Origin: Candidatus Bathyarchaeia archaeon
GTDB taxonomy: Archaea; Thermoproteota; Bathyarchaeia; Bathyarchaeales; Bathycorpusculaceae
Assembly (NCBI GenBank): GCA_049515895.1
Contig: JBEKTQ010000001.1
Coordinates: 32,001-96,000 of the forward strand
Length of the DNA: 64,000 bases
Reading direction: 5' to 3'
Shown: piece by piece, positions 28,706 through 37,744 of the stretch
How positions within the stretch are numbered: the first letter of the stretch is position 1
How the letters are laid out: each line of letters starts with the position of its first letter
Program-made: the position numbers and the translations under genes
Notes under the pieces: model-generated
Seen by the model: the letters and a program-made list of their open reading frames with translations, nothing else
Told to the model about the DNA's origin: nothing
Databases searched by the model: none

Positions 28706-29548
28706 TTGAAACTGGCGCCTTCTGTCTTCAACATTGACTTTTCGGAAACCCAAAAAAGAATTTGCCGCTTCATCAAAGAATACGTTGAAAACGCAGGATC
28801 TAAAGGAATAGTTCTCGGCTTATCGGGCGGAATCGACAGTGCCACAATAGCCGCGCTTTCAAGCCTTGCAGTAGGTGGAAAGAACGTCTTGGCCCTAATG
28901 CTTCCCGAAGAAGAAAACTTCAGCCAAAAGGACATTGAAGACGCAAAGGCCGTAGCCGATCAATTTCAACTGGAAACCAGTACCTGTGACATAACAAAGG
29001 TCACGGAATGTTTCTACAAGCAGATCCCAGTATTCGATCCCAAAGACAGGCTCTGCAAGGGAAACATCAAGGCAAGAACCAGAATGATTTATCTCTATTA
29101 TTACGCGAACAAGTTCAATAAGATCGTCTGTGGCAGCTCAGATAAATCGGAAACGATGATGGGTTACTTTACCAAATGGGGAGACGCAGCCTCGGACATA
29201 ACGCCAATCATGGACCTGTACAAGACCCAAGTTCGCAAGCTTGCCATTCACATAGGAATTCCAGAAGAGCTTGCGTCAAAACCGTCGACCCCAGCTCTTT
29301 GGCCTGCCCAGATGGCGGAGACGGAACTCGGCATCAAATACGAAACCTTAGACCTTATCCTCTACGGCCTAGAGCGTTTCATGACCCCTAAAGAGATTTC
29401 TGAGCAACTGAACATTGAAAAAACCCTCGCAGAAGCAGTTAAGCGGAGATGGCTCAGTAATGAGCACAAAAGAAGAATGCCGATTGCGCCTAAAATCGGC
29501 TACAGAACAGTGGGAATAGATTTTAGGCTTCCTAGACACACCTATTAA
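28706..29548 (+). CDS. nadE: NH3-dependent NAD+ synthetase
   Basis: GLSGGIDS, GNIKARTRM, GYFTKWGD, DLYKTQV, NEHKR. Confidence 0.95.
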   Translation: MKLAPSVFNIDFSETQKRICRFIKEYVENAGSKGIVLGLSGGIDSATIAALSSLAVGGKNVLALMLPEEENFSQKDIEDAKAVADQFQLETSTCDITKVTECFYKQIPVFDPKDRLCKGNIKARTRMIYLYYYANKFNKIVCGSSDKSETMMGYFTKWGDAASDITPIMDLYKTQVRKLAIHIGIPEELASKPSTPALWPAQMAETELGIKYETLDLILYGLERFMTPKEISEQLNIEKTLAEAVKRRWLSNEHKRRMPIAPKIGYRTVGIDFRLPRHTY

Positions 29549-29561
29549 AAGGGAAAAGCAA

Positions 29562-30395
29562 ATGAAAGACAAAATAAAAATTGCCCTTGCACAAATAAGC
29601 AGCAAACGAGAGGACAAAGAAGCGAACTTTCAGAAAATTGAGAAACTGACAGTCACCGCCAAACAACAAGGGGCAGAGCTGACTATTTTCCCAGAAATGT
29701 CGTTAACTGGATATGTTGTTCACGACCAGTTCTACGAGGTGGCAGAGACCGTTCCCGGACCGACCGTTGAAAAGGCGGAAGCGTTGGCTAAGAAGACAGG
29801 GATGCACCTCATTTTTGGGATGCCTGAGTTAAGCGAGAAAACCCAAGCAACAGTCTTCAACACCGCCGTCTTTGTAGGCCCAAAAGGCCTAATAGGCAAA
29901 TACCGTAAAATGTACTTGCCAACCCACAGCGTTTTTGAAGAAAAAAGATACTTCCGGCCAGGCTACCAGACAGCGGCATTCCAAACAGACCTTGGTAACG
30001 TGGGATTATGCATTTGTTACGATATTTTTTTCCCAGAGGTACTCAGATTAATTCGCTTGAAGGGCGCGCAATTAATTGTTTGTATTTCCGCCTCTCCTGC
30101 TGTTCGTAGAAGTTACTTTGAAACGTTAACTTGTGCGAGAGCAATCGAAAACACCGCTTATGTAGCTTATGTGAACCTTGCGGGTGTTCAGGATGGTTTG
30201 CAATTCTGGGGAGGAAGTAGACTTGTTAGCCCAAACGGAGACGTTTTAGCAAAGGCAAAGTATGACGAAGAAGACTTCTTGATATGCGAAGTGGATTACA
30301 GCGACCTCAGAAGCGCAGAGACGTTCATTCCAACCTTGAGGGACCTAAGACCTGAACTTTTCGACAAACTAAAAGAAGCCTCAGAGCGTCTCTAA
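29562..30395 (+). CDS. Carbon-nitrogen hydrolase (nitrilase superfamily)
   Basis: E-K-C triad: FPEMSLTGY, YRKMYL, ICYDIFFPE; RAIEN. Confidence 0.92.
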   Translation: MKDKIKIALAQISSKREDKEANFQKIEKLTVTAKQQGAELTIFPEMSLTGYVVHDQFYEVAETVPGPTVEKAEALAKKTGMHLIFGMPELSEKTQATVFNTAVFVGPKGLIGKYRKMYLPTHSVFEEKRYFRPGYQTAAFQTDLGNVGLCICYDIFFPEVLRLIRLKGAQLIVCISASPAVRRSYFETLTCARAIENTAYVAYVNLAGVQDGLQFWGGSRLVSPNGDVLAKAKYDEEDFLICEVDYSDLRSAETFIPTLRDLRPELFDKLKEASERL

Positions 30396-30420
30396 CGGCC
30401 AACTTGCAAAATTCTCTAAA

Positions 30421-30510
30421 AATCACAAGCGAATCACAAGATCATCACAACCTGTGATCTTACACATCTTATGAAGAAATCACAGTGACGCGCGTGATTA
30501 ATGACGTCAC
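30421..30510. repeat. Array of RTCAC/GTGAY motifs (three ATCACAA copies at 11-bp spacing plus inverted copies)
   Basis: ATCACA at 30422, 30433, 30444, 30479; TGTGAT 30453; GTGAC 30485; CGTGAT 30493; TGACGTCAC 30502-30510. Confidence 0.75.
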
Positions 30511-30876
30511 ACCTCGCCATGCAGCTGGCTATTGAAAACTTTCTTGGAAATCTCAAAAGGATGAAGAGGAGTGAGTTGAATCCAGAAATCTAACGCTCCG
30601 AATTGATCACCGCGGCAAGTCCATAAACCACAAGTTCTTGTTTAAGGTCCTATCGAAGGGACTCTGCAGCTTGAATATCTTTGCCTCTTTCTAATTAATA
30701 AGCAGTTTTCAGGACTAAGTTAAAAAAATAGCCTCTGCCATTGCTTTATTTAGCTGTTACAGCCATGTTTATAGCCTTTTACCACAAAGGTTCTGCGTTT
30801 TTAATCCAATAAGCCTTAAAAACGTGAGCTAGTATACAAAATTGTATTCATAGAGATATACGGGGGAGCATGAAGT

Positions 30877-31356
30877 TTGAAACTAAAAGACAGCGTTCAA
30901 GCGTGGCTAAACGGGGCTCTAAGTGACCCTATTGTACAAATACTCAGTAAAAATAGCCAATTAACGAAAACACAGCTCGAAACATTATTAATAGATGTAT
31001 TAGCCGAAAATTTAGCAGGCAAAGATCTAAAATACGATGAAAAAGCCAATTTAAGGCTAACAAAGGCTAAAATAAGTCGGGGATCCTTTAACAGGACGCT
31101 ACAACAGTCTAAAGAAAATGTAATAAAATCGATCTACACCGTACTACTCCTAGGGTATTTAGGTGTGTTTGAGAGCTCAACTCTTGACCCATATCTCGAA
31201 ATCGCCAATAAGCTGCACGAATATGTGGAGGCACACCAGAACATGCCAGGCAAGGAAGAAGCACTAAAAGACCATCAAAAAGTGATAGAAATCATACGCC
31301 AGGAGATCGAAACAAGCCTTAAACGGCTCTCTAATCCATCAGAAGGCTTATTGTGA
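30877..31356 (+). CDS. Hypothetical HTH-like DNA-binding protein (origin-linked)
   Basis: LTKTQLETLL..LKYDEKA..ISRGSFNRTLQQSKENV resembles a sigma4/Tfx-type HTH; SD GGGGGAG before TTG. Confidence 0.75.
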   Translation: MKLKDSVQAWLNGALSDPIVQILSKNSQLTKTQLETLLIDVLAENLAGKDLKYDEKANLRLTKAKISRGSFNRTLQQSKENVIKSIYTVLLLGYLGVFESSTLDPYLEIANKLHEYVEAHQNMPGKEEALKDHQKVIEIIRQEIETSLKRLSNPSEGLL

Positions 31357-31640
31357 CGTCACAAATCACGGTTTAGATCGACAGTTTTTGGACTACAAGA
31401 ACAAGACTAAACAAGCCCAACGAAACGAGGCATAATAAGCTCAATTACAGAAAAAAAGCTCAAATTGTGGAGATCCAAAAGGCTTCTACGTAAGCAACCT
31501 GAAGTATAATAGATTGTGATGTGTGACGTCATAGTTAATACGTGATCACGTTACCAAAAACCTTAAAAAGTCCATGGATAACTGTGATGTGTGATGCAAT
31601 GGTCAAGTCACGCATGCGTCACAGAGATGGCAAATCACGA
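31351..31640. repeat. Second RTCAC/GTGAY array with perfect palindromes
   Basis: TTGTGACGTCACAA 31351-31364; ACGTGATCACGT 31540-31551; TGTGATGTGTGA at 31515 and 31583; GTCAC 31607 and 31618; ATCACG 31365 and 31634. Confidence 0.75.
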
Positions 31641-31651
31641 TTGACTCCACT

Positions 31652-32374
31652 TTGGTAATTTTGGCAGTTTTGGCCATAGGTACAGTTGCAACTTCATTAG
31701 AATATTACAGTCAAGTACGCAAGGCCCAAAGGGAGTACGAGAAAGCTAAGAACACTGTTCAAGACATTGTTACGAGCTTTCACAGGGAGCTTAAGCGTGA
31801 AGCTGAAAAATTAGATATTGTCGCCTTCAAGATTGAAGGTAATTTTGCCAGAGCTGATGAAGGCCTCAAAAAAGCAGAAATGTTAGAAAAGAAGTTGATG
31901 CCAATTGATGGTCAAATTAGCATTGTCTCACAGAGTCTTAAACAGACCAGCACTAGCATCTTGTCCGGTTTGACTGACTTAGAGACGAAGATTCGGGATA
32001 TTGAAGTGGCTCAAGAAGCAGTTAAGGTAAGGATCGCAGGGTTTGAAGAGCAAATTCAAAAAATGACAACTGCTTCCGAAATCCAATCTGAACCGCTTAT
32101 GCCGGTTATGCCTATCAGGCGTGATAAGGCGATGGGTGCTCTGACAGAAACAGAGATAGCGGTGCTAGAAAAGTTGTCTTCTGAGGGACCTAAAACAGCG
32201 CCCGAAATCAAAGAAGAGGTACACCTAAGCAGAGAGCATACAGCAAGACTGATGAAGAAACTCTATGAAGGTGGCTACGTCGAGAGGGAAACAGGAAAAA
32301 TACCGTTCAGGTACACCATTAAAGCGGAAATGGAAAAGCTGTTGAAGAAAACTGAAAACGCCCAGCCAACCTAA
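31652..32374 (+). CDS. Membrane-anchored coiled-coil protein with C-terminal winged helix
   Basis: N-terminal hydrophobic helix, ~120-aa heptad-rich region, then LTETEIAVLEKL..TAPEIKEEVHLSREHTARLMKKLYEGGYVER..PFRY. Confidence 0.85.
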   Translation: MVILAVLAIGTVATSLEYYSQVRKAQREYEKAKNTVQDIVTSFHRELKREAEKLDIVAFKIEGNFARADEGLKKAEMLEKKLMPIDGQISIVSQSLKQTSTSILSGLTDLETKIRDIEVAQEAVKVRIAGFEEQIQKMTTASEIQSEPLMPVMPIRRDKAMGALTETEIAVLEKLSSEGPKTAPEIKEEVHLSREHTARLMKKLYEGGYVERETGKIPFRYTIKAEMEKLLKKTENAQPT

Positions 32375-32393
32375 ATGTTTTTTCCATTTGCGT

Positions 32394-32825
32394 TTACTTG
32401 AGGAGTTGTTTTATGCTTGCTTGCGGAATGTTAGGGGCGGTTCTGTACTTGAGATTGTTCGGTCCTCCCGTCCTCAATAACATGCCCTTGCTCGACATTC
32501 TTGAAAGGTAAGTGGACACGGTGCTTAGCCCTATCGGCTCTTTAAGTTCCTGCTCATAAACCGACTGGATATCCTTGGAAGAAAACCAAATCAACGGAAA
32601 ACTTTTCTGAATCACAACTTGAACTTTGTCAAAACGTGAAAGAAGACCGTTTGTTAAAGCAGAATTTGAGTTTGAGGCTGGGTTTTCGCCTGGCGCGCCG
32701 CCTAGCAGTTCTACTAGGTCCAACAGCCGTAGAGCTTTATCTCGGGTCACTTGACCCTCAAAAGCGATGGTGTATCGGTTGCCATCGTTGTCGAACAGCT
32801 CCACGCGCATTTTCCGAGCTGGCAT
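32394..32825 (-). CDS. Winged-helix protein transcribed away from oriC
   Basis: FSSKDIQSVYE..LSTVSTYLSRMSSKGMLLR..LKY wHTH; small N-terminal beta/alpha domain; SD AGGTG. Confidence 0.82.
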   Translation of the reverse strand: MPARKMRVELFDNDGNRYTIAFEGQVTRDKALRLLDLVELLGGAPGENPASNSNSALTNGLLSRFDKVQVVIQKSFPLIWFSSKDIQSVYEQELKEPIGLSTVSTYLSRMSSKGMLLRTGGPNNLKYRTAPNIPQASIKQLLK

Positions 32826-32843
32826 CAGGCGTGCACCTTAGGG

Positions 32844-33194
32844 TTCACACCTCTACACTTCACACCTTATAGCTGTTATGGTGAAAGCGGTAAAAAGAAA
32901 AACCTAGTAGAAGGCTTGTTTTCGTAAAAGGTGTCGTGTTTTCATCTCATTCAGCATAACTGCCTTCACATGAAATTGGAATAGCTGGAAGATTGCTCTT
33001 ATTGCTCAGTCCTGCTTTTCCAGAGGAAGTATAGGGGTGGCTTGTTCACTGTAAAAAGACAGAAACAAGGTAATTCCAGTTAAAATAGAGGCAAATAAGC
33101 GACAAATTCATGGCTACTTCACATGTATTCACTCTTTTGTGAACGGAAAACCAAATTTGTGAAACAAAGGCGTTCCCTAGGAAACTTTGTGAAC
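32844..33194. repeat. Array of TTCAC/GTGAA motifs interleaved with ORBs
   Basis: TTCACAC 32844 and 32859; GTGAAA 32881; TTCACATG 32965 and 33118; TTCAC 33045 and 33128; TTTGTGAA 33136, 33156, 33186. Confidence 0.7.
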
Positions 33195-33602
33195 GAAAAT
33201 TCTTAAAGTCACCCTAGCAAAAAGTCAAGTTTTGCTTTTGATGCACGGTTTTTCCATGGAAAATGCTCTACACAGACACCCCTACGTTTCCTCTCGAAGC
33301 TTTAAGGAGGAAAAGAACCTTAGAATTCTTGCAAAAAAATTTTCAGATTTCTTATCTAAAATCATAGATCAATATTTTTAATATACTAATTTGTTACTAA
33401 CAACTCAGAGTATATATAATAAATAATGTTATTATTTGTTTTTCTTTTATTTCTTAAATTTTTTCCAGTAGAACCTTTGGGGTGTGTGTACCTGTAGATT
33501 TGCTTGCTTATCATGCTAAGTATTCATCGATTTTTAGGAATATTGTGTTTCACAATTAGTTTTTTGTACTGCATCCTTTATCTGCTCCACTCGAAATATC
33601 GG
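33018..33602. other. Replication origin oriC (ORBs plus AT-rich DUE) upstream of cdc6
   Basis: ORBs TTCCAGAGGAAGTATAGGGGT (+, 33018-33038), TTCGAGAGGAAACGTAGGGGT (-, 33278-33298), TTCCAGTAGAACCTTTGGGGT (+, 33463-33483); mini-ORBs near 33074, 33172, 33250, 33585; very AT-rich ~33330-33462. Confidence 0.9.
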
Positions 33603-33633
33603 TTGTACCTCTGAAATTTTGGGAGTGGGAAGA

Positions 33634-34872
33634 GTGGCGAATCCGAATGTATTAGATGAAGTGTTCGAAAGCTTCGTCAATGGGATTAAACTGTTTAAGG
33701 ATCGAGAAGTGCTTAGGCACGATTATGTTCCTGACAAGCTTCCCCATAGAGAAGAACAAATAAGGCTCCTTGGGCAAACTGTCGCTCCAGTTCTGAAGGA
33801 TGCACGGTGCTCCAACATTTTTATCTATGGAAAAACAGGAACTGGTAAAACAGCGGTAACAAAATATGTTTTAAGCCATCTTGAATTCAAGGCAAAGGAG
33901 TACGGTTCCAAAGTAAAATTCTGTTACATTAACTGCCGAATGACAGGTTCGGAATACAGAGTCTTCGCAAACCTAAGTCAAAGCGTCGGCATGACCGTCC
34001 CATTTACTGGCTTGTCAGTTGGAGAAGTATTTGACAGGTTTAGAGCTGGCCTTGATTCTTCCCGAACCATTTTCATTATTGTGCTTGATGAAATAGATGC
34101 ATTGATAAAAGATCGAGGAGACGCTTTCATGTACGAGCTGACCAGAATAAATGAAACGCTATCCAAGAGCAAAGTTTCGATAATCGGCATTTCAAATGAC
34201 TTAAGGTTAAAGGAGTTCTTGGATCCCAGAGTTTTCAGCTCCCTCAGCGAGGAAGAACTAGTTTTCAGACCCTACGACGCGGCGGAACTCAGGAACATAC
34301 TCTCTGAACGTTCCAAGCTTTCTTTCAAGGAAGGTGTTTTGTCTGAGCCAGCATTAAGTGTTTGCTCGGCTTTAGCTGCTGCAGAGCATGGCGATGCACG
34401 CCGCGCTTTGGACCTGTTGCGTGTTGCGGGAGAAGTTGCTGAACGTCAAGGCGCCAGCACCATTACGGAGGAGCATGTGCGTCTAGCTGAAAAGCACATT
34501 GAACATAACCGCGTCGTTGAGGCCATCCAAAACTTAACGCTACACTCAAAACTCGTGCTTCTAAGCGTTTTTCACCTGAACAAGCCAAGCGCTACCACGG
34601 GCGAAATATACGACGTCTATAATGAGTTGTGCGGGGAATTTGGCGCTGGCCTTCTGACTCAGCGTCGGCTAGGCACACTGATTAATGAACTTGATTCGAT
34701 GGGCCTTGTCAACGCCAAAGTTGTCAGTATGGGGAGGTACGGCAGAACCAAGAAGATCAGACTTGAAATTTCAAGAGGTCTTATTCGAGATGTGTTCACA
34801 GATGACGCTCGCTTTAGCCAATTAATCAATTATTCGCCACAAGCTTCCCGCAAGAACATACCTGAGTCGTAG
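33634..34872 (+). CDS. cdc6: Orc1/Cdc6 replication initiator
   Basis: LPHREEQI, Walker A GKTGTGKT, Walker B VLDEID, GDARRALDLLR, wing GRYGRTK; GTG 33634 (or TTG 33619) start. Confidence 0.97.
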   Translation: MANPNVLDEVFESFVNGIKLFKDREVLRHDYVPDKLPHREEQIRLLGQTVAPVLKDARCSNIFIYGKTGTGKTAVTKYVLSHLEFKAKEYGSKVKFCYINCRMTGSEYRVFANLSQSVGMTVPFTGLSVGEVFDRFRAGLDSSRTIFIIVLDEIDALIKDRGDAFMYELTRINETLSKSKVSIIGISNDLRLKEFLDPRVFSSLSEEELVFRPYDAAELRNILSERSKLSFKEGVLSEPALSVCSALAAAEHGDARRALDLLRVAGEVAERQGASTITEEHVRLAEKHIEHNRVVEAIQNLTLHSKLVLLSVFHLNKPSATTGEIYDVYNELCGEFGAGLLTQRRLGTLINELDSMGLVNAKVVSMGRYGRTKKIRLEISRGLIRDVFTDDARFSQLINYSPQASRKNIPES

Positions 34873-34885
34873 TGGAACGAACTAT

Positions 34886-36460
34886 TCAGAGAAAGGAGAG
34901 TATTGTAGTTTCAAGTGTTTGAAGGTTTACCACGGGAACCTTTCCCGGTGTGGGAACCAACCCTAATTTTTCCATGTAATCGGTTTGTTTTTGCCAACCC
35001 CCTGAATTCACCACAAGAACCCCCCGGTAATTGCAGTAACCCAACACGTGGATGTGACCTGCATGGAAGATGTCTGGTACTCGGTCAATCACGAGGTAAT
35101 CACGGTTTTCGGGAGAAAGCAAGGTTTTTCCTCCGTAGGAAGGTGCCAAATGACGGCTTTGCATGAGCAGCCTCATCGCCTTTTCGGGGTGATCGTGATC
35201 CATCCCGGGCACCACGCCAATGATGTCGTCTAAGCTTCGACCATGATACATCAAAACTTCCACGCCGTGCAGGCTCAACAGACATGGGCTTCCGACTGAG
35301 CGGATGTTGCTTTTCCCTTGCATTCCCCTTAAGTAGCCTTCAGGTATGGCTGGTTGAGGTAGGGCTTTGCGAGCAGCATCGTGATTACCTGGGGAAATAA
35401 CTACTTCAATGTAATTAGGAATCTTTGAAATATACTTGAACGCGAAGTCGTATTGTTTATGGACGTCCCTTATCGATAATTCTTTTTCTTGGCCAGGATA
35501 CACCCCTACGCCGTCAACTATGTCACCTGCAATCAAAAGGTACTTTACTTTACCCGCTATCTCCTTCATTTGCTCGTTCCCATATTTGCCTCTAAGCCAC
35601 ATTATGAATCGTTTGAAGGCTTCCTTTTCGAACTTGTTACTGCCGATATGCAAATCCGACGTTAACACAGCATAGATGGGTTCTTGCGCTCTTTGTTGGG
35701 TTTTTCTGCCGATTTCTGGAAAAATGATGTCTTCGACGAGAAAAAGATTTGTTCGCGTTTTGATTACTGCTAAGCAGACAACTTGGTCAGGCATAAGCAT
35801 GAGTGCTTTTTTGCGAACATCTTCGGGGGCTTTTTGGGGCACCAAAACGGTTGCGGTTCCTTGCAGGTCTTCAACTGAGAGAACGATGTGATTTTTTGAA
35901 TCTCTTTTCTCAGTTACCATGCAGATTATTTTGAGTTTAGTTTTGGCCTGTGATTTAAGAGCTTCAAGTATAGGGGTTGCAGCTTTAACGTCGATTCTTT
36001 GCCTAAGCAAACGTTCGATACGCCTAAACCTGTCTTGAAAATACAGGAAGTACTCTTCAATGGTGCCGTTGGAGCTGAGTTTGCCGGTTGCATCTTCCAG
36101 AATTGCAATTTCAGATTTCATGTCCTTGGCATAGGGATAAAAAACAGCGCTTTCTTCTGCGCCAGTTTGATCTGTTTCCGGCGGAGCTGGTTGTTTCATG
36201 GTAATTGACTGTAGCTCGGGCTCGCTGGCAGGGGCTGTTGGAACCGTTGGTTGTTGCAGCAGAGTCTCCAAGAAAGCTTTGTCTATGAAAAATGGTTTCT
36301 CTTGCAGGTTCGCAATCCTTTGAAGCGCTAAGTCCATAATATCAACTGGATTTGTTGTATCCGCGATCTGACTCAGAAACTCGAATGCCTCGCTGTTTAA
36401 CTGGTACCCGGCTGCGATCGTTGCCTGAATTGCTCTTTGAAGTTTTTCCTGGTCGCTCAT
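34886..36460 (-). CDS. polB: DNA polymerase D small (proofreading) subunit DP1
   Basis: OB fold followed by phosphoesterase motifs SDLHIGS, GDIVDG, PGNHD, YHG, GHIH. Confidence 0.96.
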   Translation of the reverse strand: MSDQEKLQRAIQATIAAGYQLNSEAFEFLSQIADTTNPVDIMDLALQRIANLQEKPFFIDKAFLETLLQQPTVPTAPASEPELQSITMKQPAPPETDQTGAEESAVFYPYAKDMKSEIAILEDATGKLSSNGTIEEYFLYFQDRFRRIERLLRQRIDVKAATPILEALKSQAKTKLKIICMVTEKRDSKNHIVLSVEDLQGTATVLVPQKAPEDVRKKALMLMPDQVVCLAVIKTRTNLFLVEDIIFPEIGRKTQQRAQEPIYAVLTSDLHIGSNKFEKEAFKRFIMWLRGKYGNEQMKEIAGKVKYLLIAGDIVDGVGVYPGQEKELSIRDVHKQYDFAFKYISKIPNYIEVVISPGNHDAARKALPQPAIPEGYLRGMQGKSNIRSVGSPCLLSLHGVEVLMYHGRSLDDIIGVVPGMDHDHPEKAMRLLMQSRHLAPSYGGKTLLSPENRDYLVIDRVPDIFHAGHIHVLGYCNYRGVLVVNSGGWQKQTDYMEKLGLVPTPGKVPVVNLQTLETTILSFL

Positions 36461-36700
36461 TTTGTTTCACTTATCATCTTCTTGGGCAACTTTATGCTTA
36501 CCCTCTATGCCTATGACTTATTTACTGTTTTTCATTGGTTGCAGTTTCGTGGGCTTAGCTCCCCTTCTTTTTACTTGACGAAAACGTTGCGTGGCTAAAC
36601 GGGGCTTTTCAAATATTCAGCTGTTGATTAGTCGAAACCAATTTAATTTATATAAGTGACCCGTGGTTTAGATGTGTTATATCTAGATTGAGGTATCTCT

Positions 36701-37675
36701 ATGGCTGATCTACGCAAGATTCAGCAAACACCAACTGGCACGTTTTTTGTTTGCTTACCCAGAGAATGGGCTAAGAAGAAAGGACTCAAAAAGGGAACTT
36801 TGGTCTGTTTAGATGTAACCAGCGATGGCAAACTTGTTGTGGACCCCGAGTATAATGTAGAACCTCCTGCCCGGACTGTCTCTTTGACTGTCGGCCCCAA
36901 CCTTGGTCGCGAGATCGTGGGTCGTTACCTTCTGGGCTACGACACCATCAATATTGAAGCAAGAGACCGAATCGACTCTGCGGCAAGAAGTGTAGTTAAG
37001 TCGACTGCCAGCTCCTTGTCTGGTTTAGAGATTTTTGAGGAAACTAGCTCAAAGATTTCGCTTCACAGTTTAATGCAGCAACAACCTTCCACTTCGCCAG
37101 AAAAAATTCTTCAACGCAACTACGCCATCGTCGCAGGGATGATTCGTGATGCAGCAAACTCCTTCGTCTACGGAGACGTGGAGTTAGCGAATAACGTCAT
37201 TGCACGGGATGATGAAAGCAACAGGCTGTATTTTTTGCTTGTAAGGATTTTGCGGACGATAATTCAGAATCCGCGCTTAAACGAGAAGCTAGGTATAACC
37301 CCGATTGAATGTTTAGATTACCGTTTGGCCGCGAGCTTAATTGAAGGCATAGGCGACGCATGTGTTCAGGTCGCAGCAAAAACCATAGCTCTGAACGGGC
37401 TCAGGTTTTCAGGTGAACTGCAAAACTTGCTCGTTGAACTAGAGACTCTTTGTTATGATGCCCATGAACAAGCATTGAAATCTTTTGTGACCAAGGATAT
37501 CTCTTTGGCAGCGAGCGTACGTAGCTTACGAGAGAAAATCGATGCAACCTCGTCAAGCATCGAAAGAGTTGCGAAGAGCTCATCGGTGGATTTGATGCCT
37601 CAGATTTTGGCGGCGGCATCTTTTCTAAGGCAGATTTATGAACACAGCGTAGACATTGCTGATCTTGTTGCTTAA
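36701..37675 (+). CDS. phoU: Phosphate uptake regulator (AbrB-type N-terminal domain plus two PhoU domains)
   Basis: RKIQQT..TFFVCLPREW..GLKKG AbrB motif; RDDESNRLYFL and IEGIGD PhoU motifs. Confidence 0.88.
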   Translation: MADLRKIQQTPTGTFFVCLPREWAKKKGLKKGTLVCLDVTSDGKLVVDPEYNVEPPARTVSLTVGPNLGREIVGRYLLGYDTINIEARDRIDSAARSVVKSTASSLSGLEIFEETSSKISLHSLMQQQPSTSPEKILQRNYAIVAGMIRDAANSFVYGDVELANNVIARDDESNRLYFLLVRILRTIIQNPRLNEKLGITPIECLDYRLAASLIEGIGDACVQVAAKTIALNGLRFSGELQNLLVELETLCYDAHEQALKSFVTKDISLAASVRSLREKIDATSSSIERVAKSSSVDLMPQILAAASFLRQIYEHSVDIADLVA

Positions 37676-37744
37676 CTTGTGTGCCTTTATTTGGTGGTAA
37701 AGGGTTAAATTTGCATTTTTACATTCACAACAGGGACAAAAGAT

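Noticed and set aside
30421-33200. Repeat arrays as a CRISPR array
   Set aside because: Units are only 5-14 bp with irregular spacing; no 24-40 bp repeats with unique spacers and no cas genes
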